A DNA stretch of 64,000 bases from Verrucomicrobiota bacterium (lineage in GTDB: Bacteria; Verrucomicrobiota; Verrucomicrobiia; Opitutales; Opitutaceae). How positions within the stretch are numbered: the stretch's first letter is position 1; every line of letters starts with the position of its first letter. The stretch spans positions 1,786-65,785 of the forward strand of contig JAFEGX010000069.1 in NCBI GenBank assembly GCA_018239675.1, read 5' to 3'. The notes under the pieces were generated by a model. It was given only the letters and a program-made list of their open reading frames with translations, was not told the origin of the DNA and searched no databases. A program made the position numbers and the translations under genes. Positions 34,286-43,098 of the stretch are shown here, one piece after another.

Positions 34286-35164
34286 CTAGAGATACCGCGC
34301 CGCGCGGCCGAGGTAGTTCAGCGTCCAGATTTCCTTCCAGACCCGGTAGCGGCCCTCGTGGGTGATCTTGCCGAGGTCCTCGCGGTCCTGGTGCGTGTGC
34401 AGAAAACCCATCTCGGTGTTTAGGCGGTCGAGTTCGCTCTGGGTCACGTTGAGGTCGGTCAGCGGGTCGACGGTGAACGGCACGGCGATCTCGTTCGACG
34501 AGACCAGCCGGTCGCGGTGCCGCGACAGCAGCCGCGGAAGCGAGCGGCAGAGCGGGCTGCGTTCCACGAACCAGTGTTCCGGATAAAAACCCGCAAACGG
34601 CACGTAAAGATTGTCCGTCACGAAGCGCCGGCCATCGGCCGTGAGCGAGGTGATGGCGAAGCAAAGCGTGATGGTGCCGCTGGCCTGGGGAATAAAGGTC
34701 ACCTGCACGCGCATGGTGGCGTCGAGGTTCTGGTAGACTGACACCCGCAGGTAGATGCCGCCGCCGATCTCCGCCTTCATCGCCTGCACCTGCTTGAAGC
34801 CGTTTTGCCGAAGCCAGTCGCGCACCTGCAGCGCGCGCGGCTGGGTCGGCCACTCGTCGCCGCTCTGGTTCAGCGCATACCGCGGAAACAGCGGCAGGGG
34901 ACTCACGCTGAGGGCGTGGATGCTGAGCCAGCTCAGCAGCGTCTCGCCGAGGAACCACAGCAGGAAGAAGACGAACACCAGGACCCAGAACGGCCGGTCG
35001 ATCAGCTGGAAGTCCACGCAGACCTGCGCGCCGCCGAACGCGAACACCAGCCAGCGCAGCCAGCGGTCGATGATCGCGAGCAGGGGCGAACCGACCCGCT
35101 GGTTGGTCTGGGCCAGAATCAGCGAGAGCAGGATGGCGCCGAGGATGAAGTAGGGAATTTCCAC
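34286..35164 (-). CDS. Hypothetical membrane protein (N-terminal ~3 TM + cytoplasmic domain), directly downstream of dnaN
   Basis: 292-aa ORF with coding-like composition. No family recognised. Confidence 0.55.
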   Translation of the reverse strand: MEIPYFILGAILLSLILAQTNQRVGSPLLAIIDRWLRWLVFAFGGAQVCVDFQLIDRPFWVLVFVFFLLWFLGETLLSWLSIHALSVSPLPLFPRYALNQSGDEWPTQPRALQVRDWLRQNGFKQVQAMKAEIGGGIYLRVSVYQNLDATMRVQVTFIPQASGTITLCFAITSLTADGRRFVTDNLYVPFAGFYPEHWFVERSPLCRSLPRLLSRHRDRLVSSNEIAVPFTVDPLTDLNVTQSELDRLNTEMGFLHTHQDREDLGKITHEGRYRVWKEIWTLNYLGRAARYL

Positions 35165-35245
35165 GAAGGAACAGGCCCCGCGTCGGGGCCGGCCACGAAA
35201 TATACGCTTTCCGCCGGCAAATCCTAGCCCGCCGGCGGAAGAAAA

Positions 35246-36370
35246 TCAGCTGAGCCGCACGGGCATGATCACGCAGATGAAGCTGTCGAGGGTCTTGAAG
35301 ACCCCCGGGCTCACCTCGTCCTTCAGCTCGAAGAAGATCTCGTCCTTGGTCAGCGCGCGCAGCGGATCCATCACGAACGTCGGATTGAACGCGACCTGGA
35401 GCTCCGGCCCGCTGTAGCCGATCGCCATCGACTCGTGCGCCTCGCCGAAGTCCGGGCTCTGCGCGGTGATCTCGAGAAGATTGCTGCTGAGCTTGATCTT
35501 GACCGAGTTCGACTTCTCGGAGCACACCAGCGCGGCGCGGTGCACGCACTGGAGGAAAAGCTCGCGCTCCAGCTTGATCCGCTGGTGGGTCTCCTTCGGG
35601 ATGACCTGGTTGTAGTTCGGGTAGTTGCCCTCGACGACCTTCGAGTAGAGGTAGACGCTTTCGATCAGGCCGCTCGTGTCCTTGTCGGTGCCGATCTGAA
35701 ACGCGGCGCGGCGTTCGTTGAAGTTGATCTTCAGCTTCTCGCCCTTGTCGAGGAGCCGCATCAGCTCGGCCACGGTCTTCGCCGGCAGGATGATTGCCCC
35801 CGCCGAGGCGGCCGGCACGTCCATTTCCTTGGACACCAGCGCCAGGCGCCGGCCATCGGTGGCGACGAGCGAGAGCTTGCCGTCCTTGAAGTTGAAATAG
35901 ACGCCGTTGAGGATGTAGCGCGTCTCGTCCGTCGACTGCGCGTAGGCGACGCTCTTCAGCATCGCGGTCAGCTCGGCCTGCTCGAGCGTGTAGGCCTTCT
36001 CGTCGCCGAATTCCGGCAGCGGCGGGAATTCCTCCTTGCCGATGCCCATGATACGGAACGTCGAGCCGCCGGACGTCAGCTTGACCTGGTGGTTCGGCGC
36101 CGCGTCAAAGGCCACGTCCACATTCGGCAGCTCGCGCACGATCGTCGCCAGGCGTTTCACCGGGAGCGTCACGGAGCCCTTTTCCTTCACCTCGGCCTTG
36201 ATCTTGCAGCGGATCCCGAGGTCGAGGTTGGTGGTGGTGAGGGAAATCTGGTCCTTCTCCGCCTCAATCAGCACGTTGCTCAGGATGGGCATCGTGGCCT
36301 TGGACCCGACGACATTGAGCACTTGGGCAAGGCCGTTGGCGAAATGGTCGCGGTTGATTTTGAATTTCAT
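35246..36370 (-). CDS. dnaN: DNA polymerase III beta sliding clamp
   Basis: '[37 protein letters not shown]..' with three-domain length (374 aa) and the typical C-terminal '..VIMPVRL'. Confidence 0.92.
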   Translation of the reverse strand: MKFKINRDHFANGLAQVLNVVGSKATMPILSNVLIEAEKDQISLTTTNLDLGIRCKIKAEVKEKGSVTLPVKRLATIVRELPNVDVAFDAAPNHQVKLTSGGSTFRIMGIGKEEFPPLPEFGDEKAYTLEQAELTAMLKSVAYAQSTDETRYILNGVYFNFKDGKLSLVATDGRRLALVSKEMDVPAASAGAIILPAKTVAELMRLLDKGEKLKINFNERRAAFQIGTDKDTSGLIESVYLYSKVVEGNYPNYNQVIPKETHQRIKLERELFLQCVHRAALVCSEKSNSVKIKLSSNLLEITAQSPDFGEAHESMAIGYSGPELQVAFNPTFVMDPLRALTKDEIFFELKDEVSPGVFKTLDSFICVIMPVRLS

Positions 36371-36451
36371 GAGGTCGGGGCGAGGAACCGGTTTTGGGAA
36401 GTTAACAAAGGCGATTGGGATATGGGATCAATAGATAATTAAAGCAGTACT

Positions 36452-36457
36452 ATTATA
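36452..36457 (-). promoter_or_regulatory. Candidate sigma70-type -10 box (TATAAT on the minus strand) upstream of dnaN
   Basis: The plus strand reads ATTATA at 36452-36457, inside the only strongly AT-rich island of the window (36421-36465). About 80 nt upstream of the dnaN ATG. The -35 is not convincing. Confidence 0.35.
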
Positions 36458-36471
36458 CGCTGCGAGCAACT

Positions 36472-36603
36472 CCAACAACCCCGGGTTTTCACTCTGAAAA
36501 CGGCGCTTATCCGGTTGTGCAGAAGCTTTCGGGTCGCCGTTCGCAAAGGCCGGGTTGTTCCCATCGCCGGAGTTGTTGGGAAACCATCGGCTGGTTGTTC
36601 ACA
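36472..36603. promoter_or_regulatory. Array of five GGTTGT(T/G) motifs (one inverted) between pssA and dnaN
   Basis: CCAACAACC (36472-36480, inverted), GGTTGTG (36513), GGTTGTT (36553), AGTTGTT (36571) and GGTTGTTCACA (36593). Spacing of the last four is ~40/19/21 nt. TTGTTCACA matches the E. coli DnaA box TTATCCACA at 7/9. TTATCCGGT (36508-36516) matches at 6/9. Confidence 0.4.
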
Positions 36604-36622
36604 AAGAACTCTCAACCGGATT

Positions 36623-37513
36623 TCAGGCTGGGTTTGCGGCTGGCGGCGGGGGACGCTTGGAGCGCCGCCAGTGGCGGATCAGCCCGAAGAAGATGTAGCC
36701 CAGGCAGACACAGAGCAGTCCGATCTCCTTGAACACCACCAGCAGCGCGACGAGCGCCAGCAGGAGCACAAAGGGCTGCAGGCGGGTCCGGGTCTGCAGG
36801 TCCACGCCCTTGCCGCTGGGATAACGGACGGTGCTCACCATCAGGACCGCGATCAGGAGCATCAGGGGCGGCAGCGCCAGCGCCCAGTAGCGGAGCGCGC
36901 GGTCGATGGCGGCCAGATGGAGGAGGAAAAGCACCAGCGAAGCCACCGTGGCGGCCGCGGCGGGCACCGGGAGGCCCACGAAATCCTTGTTGGTCTCCTT
37001 CTTGTCGCGATGGAGCAGGGGATTGGTGATGACGTTGAACCGCGCCAGGCGGACCGCGGCGCAGAGGAGGTAGATGAAGCCCACGAACCAGCCGATGTTG
37101 CGGAATGCCTCATAGCCCTGCGTGGGCGAGAGGATCAGGAAGAACACCATCAGCGCCGGGGCGATGCCGAAGGAGACCACGTCCGCCAGCGAATCGAACT
37201 CCGCGCCGAACAGCGACTCGCGGCCGCCCATGCGCGCCAGCCGGCCGTCGAGCGTGTCGAAGGCGGCTGCGCCAAAGATGAACCAGACGGCCTGGATGTA
37301 GTGGTCGGCCGAGGTCTTGTTGAGGTATTCGCCGGTCGGGACCGTCTCGGCGAGCCGGGCCTGGATGCAGTGGATGACCGCGACGAAGCCGCAGAAGAGG
37401 TTCCCGGCCGTCATCAGGTTCGGCAGGAAATAAATCCGGCTCGCCTGCGTGACGTTGTAAGGATCCTCGCGGGCCTCCAGGTCGTCGCTGGGGCTGGGAC
37501 GGCGGAGATTCAT
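36623..37513 (-). CDS. pssA: CDP-diacylglycerol--serine O-phosphatidyltransferase
   Basis: CDP-alcohol phosphotransferase motif 'DTLDGRLARMGGRESLFGAEFDSLADVVSFGIAP'. Start at the ATG at 37513. The rest of track ORF 36623..38257 is an artefactual extension. Confidence 0.88.
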   Translation of the reverse strand: MNLRRPSPSDDLEAREDPYNVTQASRIYFLPNLMTAGNLFCGFVAVIHCIQARLAETVPTGEYLNKTSADHYIQAVWFIFGAAAFDTLDGRLARMGGRESLFGAEFDSLADVVSFGIAPALMVFFLILSPTQGYEAFRNIGWFVGFIYLLCAAVRLARFNVITNPLLHRDKKETNKDFVGLPVPAAAATVASLVLFLLHLAAIDRALRYWALALPPLMLLIAVLMVSTVRYPSGKGVDLQTRTRLQPFVLLLALVALLVVFKEIGLLCVCLGYIFFGLIRHWRRSKRPPPPAANPA

Positions 37514-37863
37514 TTCTTGGTGAGGCTCTCGAGGTATTTCCAGAACTTGGAATGCTGCTCGACCAGCTGCTGCTCCGACACCGGCAGCTTGTTCCGCAGG
37601 AGGAAGTCCTCGAGCGAATTCTTGTGGAGGATGTAATGGGTGTGGAGCGTCTCGCCCTTCGCCTCGAAGTAGAAGCGGTAGTCGCCGGAGCGCAGGCGAT
37701 AGTACTCCCGCTCGCCCCGGTGGAACCGGCCGAGCGGCTCGCGCGGGTTGGCGAGATCGGACGGCTTGAGCGTGCTGATCGGCTCGATCACCTCGAGTTG
37801 GGCCAGCTTGTCGAGGCGGTTGAGCTCGTGCATGCTCTGCTCCGAGAACGTGACTTGATACAT
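37510..37863 (-). CDS. RelE/ParE-superfamily toxin-like protein with a C-terminal extension
   Basis: MYQVTFSEQSMHELNRL..GRFHRGEREYYRLRSGDYRFYFEAKGETLHTHYILHKNS follows the RelE/ParE pattern (YxIxFs..A..dL..L ... YRiRvGdYRiiY..). The stop overlaps the pssA start (ATGA). No antitoxin-sized ORF is adjacent. Confidence 0.6.
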   Translation of the reverse strand: MYQVTFSEQSMHELNRLDKLAQLEVIEPISTLKPSDLANPREPLGRFHRGEREYYRLRSGDYRFYFEAKGETLHTHYILHKNSLEDFLLRNKLPVSEQQLVEQHSKFWKYLESLTKK

Positions 37864-38021
37864 GGAAAGGGAGGGTGCGGGCCGCCCGGCGGAGGCCGGA
37901 TCCCACTCGCAGCAGGGTTCTACCCCCGGTCCGGGGCGCGGCAACGCTAATCCCGACGGAGACCTGCCATCGGCCATCTTTCTGGTTCCCACGCGCGGAT
38001 CCGCGGGCTACATCCTCCCGC

Positions 38022-39236
38022 ATGCCCGTCACCCTGACTGACATCCGCGCCGCCCACCGCCGCATCGCCGGCGGCGTCATTGTCTCGCCCTGCCCGCACT
38101 CGATCCCGCTGTCGGAGATCACCGGCGCCGACGTCGCCTGCAAGCTCGACAACTTCCAGCGCACCGGCTCGTTCAAGGAACGCGGCGCCCGCAACGCCCT
38201 GCTGCGCCTGCCCGCCGCCGCCCGCCGCCGCGGCGTCATCGCCGCCAGCGCCGGCAACCACGCCCTCGGGCTCGCGTATCACGGCCAGCTGCTCGGCGTT
38301 CCCGTGACGGTGGTCATGCCCGACTACGCCCCCCTCATCAAGATCACCACCTGCCAGCGGCTCGGCGCCAACGTCCTGGTGCGCGGGCGCGATTTCGCCG
38401 AGGCCCGCGCCGAGGCCGACCGCCTCGTGGCCGCGGAGGGTCTGACCTACATCCACGGCTTCGACGCCCCGGACATCATCGCGGGCCAGGGCACGATGGG
38501 CCTGGAAATCCTCGAGCAGGTGCCGGACGTCGAGGCGATCGTCTGCCCGGTGGGCGGCGGCGGCCTCATTGCGGGCCTGTCGCTGGCGGTGAAAAGCCTG
38601 AGGCCCGGCGTCAAGGTCATCGGCGTCGAAAGCGTCGCCACCGGCAACCTCGCCGCCGCGCTGCGCGCCCGGCACCCGGTCATCGTCCCCCGGCGGGCCA
38701 CCCTGGCCGACGGTCTCGCGACCCTCACCGTGGGGGCCAACGCCTTTGCGCTCGCCCGGCGCCACGTCGACCAGGTCGTGAGCGTCGGGGAGAACTGGAT
38801 CTCGCTGGCGATCCTCCGCATGCTCGAGCTCGAGAAGACCGTGGTGGAGGGCGCCGCCGCGGCGCCGCTCGCGGCGCTCATGGCCGGACGGCTGCCGAAG
38901 CTGCGGGGCCGGAAGGTCGTGCTCGTGGTGGGCGGCGGCAACATCGACCCGGCGATCCTGAGCCGCGTGATCGAGAAGGGCCTGGTGAACGACGGCCGCC
39001 TCACCCGCTTCACCGCCCGCATCAGCGACCGGCCGGGCGGCCTTGCGATGCTGTGCCGCGTGATCGCGGAGGCCGGCGCGAGCATCAAGGACATCGCCCA
39101 CGACCGCGCCTTCAGCGGCCCCGATGTCTACGAGGTTCACGCCGACTGCACGGTCGAGACCCGGGACCGCGCCCACATCGCGGCACTCTACCGCGCGCTG
39201 AAGCGCAACGGCTTTCCGCTCGTCGTGGCGAAATGA
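38022..39236 (+). CDS. ilvA: Threonine ammonia-lyase (threonine dehydratase) with a single C-terminal ACT-like domain
   Basis: PLP motif 'KLDNFQRTGSFKERGARN', 'SAGNHALGLAYH' and 'VGGGGLIAG'. 404 aa. Start at the ATG at 38022. Confidence 0.88.
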   Translation: MPVTLTDIRAAHRRIAGGVIVSPCPHSIPLSEITGADVACKLDNFQRTGSFKERGARNALLRLPAAARRRGVIAASAGNHALGLAYHGQLLGVPVTVVMPDYAPLIKITTCQRLGANVLVRGRDFAEARAEADRLVAAEGLTYIHGFDAPDIIAGQGTMGLEILEQVPDVEAIVCPVGGGGLIAGLSLAVKSLRPGVKVIGVESVATGNLAAALRARHPVIVPRRATLADGLATLTVGANAFALARRHVDQVVSVGENWISLAILRMLELEKTVVEGAAAAPLAALMAGRLPKLRGRKVVLVVGGGNIDPAILSRVIEKGLVNDGRLTRFTARISDRPGGLAMLCRVIAEAGASIKDIAHDRAFSGPDVYEVHADCTVETRDRAHIAALYRALKRNGFPLVVAK

Positions 39237-41563
39237 TCCGCCCGCCGCACCTCCGCCTCCTGCTGGGCCTCGGCGCCTGCCTGCTGGCGGCGGCCCGGCT
39301 CGGGGCGGTGACCGAACTCGACATCCCGGTTTTCGCCGGCGGGTACGGCATCGCGTTCTACGAGGAGACCGCGCGCCGCTTCGAGCAGGCGCGGCCCGAC
39401 GTCCGCATCCGGCTGTACGGCGATCCGCGCATCGCGGACCAGCTCCGGATCCGGCTGATCGACGGCAACCCGCCCGATGCGGCGGCCGCGGCGGATATCC
39501 TCTGGCCGCAACTGATCCGGGCCGGGCGGCTGCTCAACCTCGCGCCGTTCCTCGCGCGGGACCGGAACTGGGAGGGCGACCGCCGCTGGGGCGACACGTT
39601 TTTGCCTGGCGCGCTGGACGCGTGGAAGCTGGCGGACGGCACCTACGGCCTGCCGTTCAGCTATGCCTGCTGGACGGTGTTCTACGACCGGAAGTTCTTC
39701 CGGCAGCACCACCTCGCGCCGGCGGTGACCTGGGACGAGTTTTTCGCACTCTGCGAGCGGATCAGGCGCCTCGGCCGCGCGCCGCTCGCCGTGCCGGGCG
39801 TCTATCTGCGCTACACCGACTGCCTGCTGCGTTCCGCCTGGTGCAGCCTGGCCGGGGCCGGGGCGTGGCCGGAGTACCGGAATTCCGCGCCGGGCATCTA
39901 CCTTGACCCCCGCTTCCTGCGTTCGGTGGAAACTTGGCAGCGGCTCGCGCCGTATTTCTCGCCGGGCTGGCAGGGACTGACCCACACCGCGGCGCAGCGC
40001 GAGCTGCTCGAGGGCCGGGCGGCGATGAACATCTCGGGCTCCTGGATGGTGAACGAGATGAAGGGAAAATTTCCGGAGGGCTTCGAGCTTGGCGCCATGC
40101 GGCTCCCGGTTTTTGCCGACGGGCAGGGCGACCCGAGGCTGCTCCAGGTGGGCTCGGACTATTTCTTTGTGTTCGCGACGGGCGACCGCGTGAAGGAACG
40201 GGCGACGGTGGACTTCCTGCGTTTTCTCACGTCGCGCGAGCGGGCCGAGGCCTGGGTGCGGCGGGTGGACTCGCCGGTGGCGGTGCGCGGCGTGCCGCTC
40301 GCGGCCTATTCGGAACGCATGCGCGACACCGCGCAGCTGATCGAGGAAAGCACCTCCGCGATCAACGTCGCCGCCGATCTCTCGCAGCCGCCCGCAATCC
40401 GGCAGGCGCTGACCGACGCGCGGCTGCGGCTGATGCGCGGGGAGATCACCCCGCGCGAGTTTGGCGAGCGCCTGGAGGCCGCCGCCGAGGCCGAGCGGCA
40501 CCGGGCGGCGCAGCCGGGCTGGGTGGACTACCGGCACCCGGTGGCCGGCACGCTCCTGCTCGGGCTGCTCGCCGGCTTTGGCGGCTGGCTGGCCTGGAAG
40601 CAGTGGCGGCGACGGTCCGCGCGGAAGGGTCGCGGGGAATCCGGCGGCGAGGAGGGCGCGGGCTTTGCGCGGTTGCGGCCGCGAATGGCGATCGGCTTTG
40701 TCGGCCCGGGCTTCCTGCTCTACGCGGCGCTGGTGATCGCGCCGGGCGTGGCGGCGTGGCTGTGGGCGTTCACCCACTGGGACGGACTCAATCCGCCGCG
40801 CTGGGCGGGCACCTACAATTTCCGCTGGCTGCTGTTCGAGAGCGACGTCTTCTGGTCCGCGCTCGCGAACAACGCCTTCCTGATGGTCGTGCCCGCGGTG
40901 GTGGTGGTGCCGCTCGCGCTGCTGCTCGCGACGCTAATCCACCGCGGCGTGTGGGGCGCCCACGTGTTTCGCGCGGTGTTCCTGTTCCCGAACCTCCTCG
41001 GCGGCGTGGCCGCGACCCTGCTGTGGCTCGGCGCCTACGAACCCCATGGCGGCATCGTCAACGCCGGGCTGGTCGCGCTCGGGCAGGTGCTGGACAACGA
41101 CTGGCTGCGGTCGTTCGAGGGCTACCCGTGGCTGGCGCAGAGCCACCTCTACTGGGCGCTGGTCCCGATCTACCTCTGGATGGCCTGCGGCTTTAATCTC
41201 ATCCTGTACCTCGCCGCGATGGAGGGCATCGACGCGCAGCTCTACGAGGCGGCCGAGCTCGATGGCGCGTCGCCGGTGCGGCAGTTCTTCCAGATCACGC
41301 TCCCGATGATCTGGGAGATCCTGGTCGTGAGCGCGGTGTTCCTCGTCATCGCGGGCCTGAATGCGTTCGAGATGGTCTGGCTGCTCACGTCGCAGGATCC
41401 CACCACCACGGCGCACACGCTCGGCACGCTGCTGGTGGCGACCATGTTCAAGGAGTTCGCCATCGGCCGCGCGACCGCGATCGCGGTGGTGCTGTTCGTG
41501 CTCGTGTTCGCCGCGAGCGCCGCGGTCATGCGCAGCCTCCGGCGGGAGGCCGTCGAGACATGA
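39233..41563 (+). CDS. Fusion protein: extracellular solute-binding protein (family 1, sugar type) + MalF/UgpA-type ABC permease
   Basis: Single uninterrupted 776-codon frame. Signal/anchor MIRPPHLRLLLGLGACLLAAA, then a ~450-aa SBP-like region. This is followed by the TM 'GTLLLGLLAGFGGWLAW', a basic linker and a 6-TM permease with the EAA loop 'EAAELDGASPVRQFFQITLPM'. The ATG overlaps the ilvA stop (ATGA). Confidence 0.8.
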   Translation: MIRPPHLRLLLGLGACLLAAARLGAVTELDIPVFAGGYGIAFYEETARRFEQARPDVRIRLYGDPRIADQLRIRLIDGNPPDAAAAADILWPQLIRAGRLLNLAPFLARDRNWEGDRRWGDTFLPGALDAWKLADGTYGLPFSYACWTVFYDRKFFRQHHLAPAVTWDEFFALCERIRRLGRAPLAVPGVYLRYTDCLLRSAWCSLAGAGAWPEYRNSAPGIYLDPRFLRSVETWQRLAPYFSPGWQGLTHTAAQRELLEGRAAMNISGSWMVNEMKGKFPEGFELGAMRLPVFADGQGDPRLLQVGSDYFFVFATGDRVKERATVDFLRFLTSRERAEAWVRRVDSPVAVRGVPLAAYSERMRDTAQLIEESTSAINVAADLSQPPAIRQALTDARLRLMRGEITPREFGERLEAAAEAERHRAAQPGWVDYRHPVAGTLLLGLLAGFGGWLAWKQWRRRSARKGRGESGGEEGAGFARLRPRMAIGFVGPGFLLYAALVIAPGVAAWLWAFTHWDGLNPPRWAGTYNFRWLLFESDVFWSALANNAFLMVVPAVVVVPLALLLATLIHRGVWGAHVFRAVFLFPNLLGGVAATLLWLGAYEPHGGIVNAGLVALGQVLDNDWLRSFEGYPWLAQSHLYWALVPIYLWMACGFNLILYLAAMEGIDAQLYEAAELDGASPVRQFFQITLPMIWEILVVSAVFLVIAGLNAFEMVWLLTSQDPTTTAHTLGTLLVATMFKEFAIGRATAIAVVLFVLVFAASAAVMRSLRREAVET

Positions 41564-42414
41564 AACCGGCGCGGCTCAACCTCTCCGGCGGGCTGATCTT
41601 CGCCGTGCTGCTCGGCTATGCGGCCTGGGTGATCTATCCCATGCTCTGGGTGGCGTACTCGTCGCTGAAGACCGACGAGGCGATCTTCCGGGAGCCGTTC
41701 GCGCTGCCGGCGGCGGGCCAGCTCCAGTACGAGAACTACGGCCACGCCTGGCACGAGGCGCGGTTTGGCGACTATTTCCTCAACAGCGTGCAGGTGACCG
41801 TCGTCTCGGTCGCGCTGATCGTCGCGCTCGGGGCGCTGGCAGCCTACGCGCTGGCGCGGTTCTACCACCCGCTCGGCCGGATGGTGTTCTGGCTTTTCCT
41901 CGCGGGCCTGATGATCCCGGCGCAGCTCACGATCATTCCGCTGTTCTTCGAGATGCGGGCGCTGGGACTCCTGAATTCCAAGCTCGGCCTGATCCTCGTC
42001 TACACGGCGAACGGCTTGCCCTTCGCCGTGTTCATCCTCGCGGGCTTCTTCCGCTCGCTGCCGCGCTCGCTCTACGAGGCGGCGGTGATCGACGGCTGCG
42101 GGGAGTTCGCGGCGTTCTGGCGCGTGCTGCTGCCGCTGGCGCGGCCGGGACTGATGACGGTCGCGATTTTCCAGTTCATCGGCGTGTGGAAGGAATATTT
42201 CTTCGCGTTCATGCTGATCGGCGGCGACGCCACGCAGGCGGCGCGAACCCTCCCGCTCGGTCTGGCCAATCTCTCCATCACCGCGCAGTTCCGCACCGAC
42301 TACGGCATGCTCTTCGCCGGTCTGGTGCTCGTCACGCTCCCCATCCTTGCGGTGTACCTGCTGCTCCAGCGGCACATCGTGAAAGGCGTCTCCGCCGGCG
42401 CGCTGAAGGGCTGA
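41560..42414 (+). CDS. Carbohydrate ABC transporter permease (MalG/UgpE type)
   Basis: 'YEAAVIDGCGEFAAFWRVLLPLARPG' EAA loop, 6 TM. The start overlaps the upstream stop by 4 nt. Confidence 0.88.
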   Translation: MKPARLNLSGGLIFAVLLGYAAWVIYPMLWVAYSSLKTDEAIFREPFALPAAGQLQYENYGHAWHEARFGDYFLNSVQVTVVSVALIVALGALAAYALARFYHPLGRMVFWLFLAGLMIPAQLTIIPLFFEMRALGLLNSKLGLILVYTANGLPFAVFILAGFFRSLPRSLYEAAVIDGCGEFAAFWRVLLPLARPGLMTVAIFQFIGVWKEYFFAFMLIGGDATQAARTLPLGLANLSITAQFRTDYGMLFAGLVLVTLPILAVYLLLQRHIVKGVSAGALKG

Positions 42415-42477
42415 TCCGGGCGCGCAACGCCACAGGACTGGCCGGCCTCGCCGACGGCCGACGCGGGAGCGAATCCG

Positions 42478-43098
42478 TCAGGGGGTCGGGGTGACCTTGA
42501 CCGACTGCGTCCGGGTCTTGGTCTGACCGTGGGGGCCCGTGACCGTCTCCGTGTGCGTCGTCTGGCCCGGGCCGTTGTGCGTGACCGTGTTCGTGAAGGT
42601 GCTGGTGTGGCCGTTGGGACCGGTGACGGTGCCCGTGGTGACGCGACCGTTCGGGGTCTTCACCGTGGTGTCGGCGTAGGTCGAGGTGCCGCCCTTGGGA
42701 CCGGTGATGGTTCCCTGGCCGGAAAGGGTGCCGTCGGCGTTCTTGGTGAGCGTGCCCTGGCGGGAGGTCGTGCGGCCGTTGAAGCCGGTGGTGGTCGAAT
42801 TGACGGTGCCGGTGCCCGTGGTCTTGTCCCAGGTCCGGTTCGACGTGTGGGTGGCGGTCTGGCCGTTCTGGTTGGTGAGCGTGGTGCTGCGGGTCCGCTC
42901 ACCGCCGCCGCCCGTGACGGTGGAGTTGACGGTGCCACTGCCGCCGTTGCCGGTCTGATAAGTGCCGGTGTGCGTGCGGCTGTGTTTCGGTTTCGTCGTG
43001 CCGCTCTCGGCGGCGCGGGTGGTGGGCGCGAGCAGGCAGGCGGCGACACCCGCGATGATGATCGCGGCGAGCAGTTTGAAGGCGGGATCGTTCTTCAT
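42478..43098 (-). CDS. Secreted Thr/Gly-rich repeat protein, hypothetical
   Basis: Start at the ATG at 43098 (MKNDPAFKLLAAIIIAGVAACLLAPTTRA = signal peptide). The mature part is almost only T/G/N/S/Q, with recurring 'GTVNST(V/T)TG', 'TGP(K/N/H)G.TST' and 'TVTGP.G.T'. Confidence 0.55.
   Translation of the reverse strand: MKNDPAFKLLAAIIIAGVAACLLAPTTRAAESGTTKPKHSRTHTGTYQTGNGGSGTVNSTVTGGGGERTRSTTLTNQNGQTATHTSNRTWDKTTGTGTVNSTTTGFNGRTTSRQGTLTKNADGTLSGQGTITGPKGGTSTYADTTVKTPNGRVTTGTVTGPNGHTSTFTNTVTHNGPGQTTHTETVTGPHGQTKTRTQSVKVTPTP

Noticed and set aside
35246-36370. dnaN without an adjacent dnaA, as possible evidence of rearrangement or misassembly.
   Set aside because: Separation of dnaA and dnaN occurs in several phyla, and the flanking genes are intact with normal spacing. 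I report only the upstream regulatory/origin-like region as a finding.
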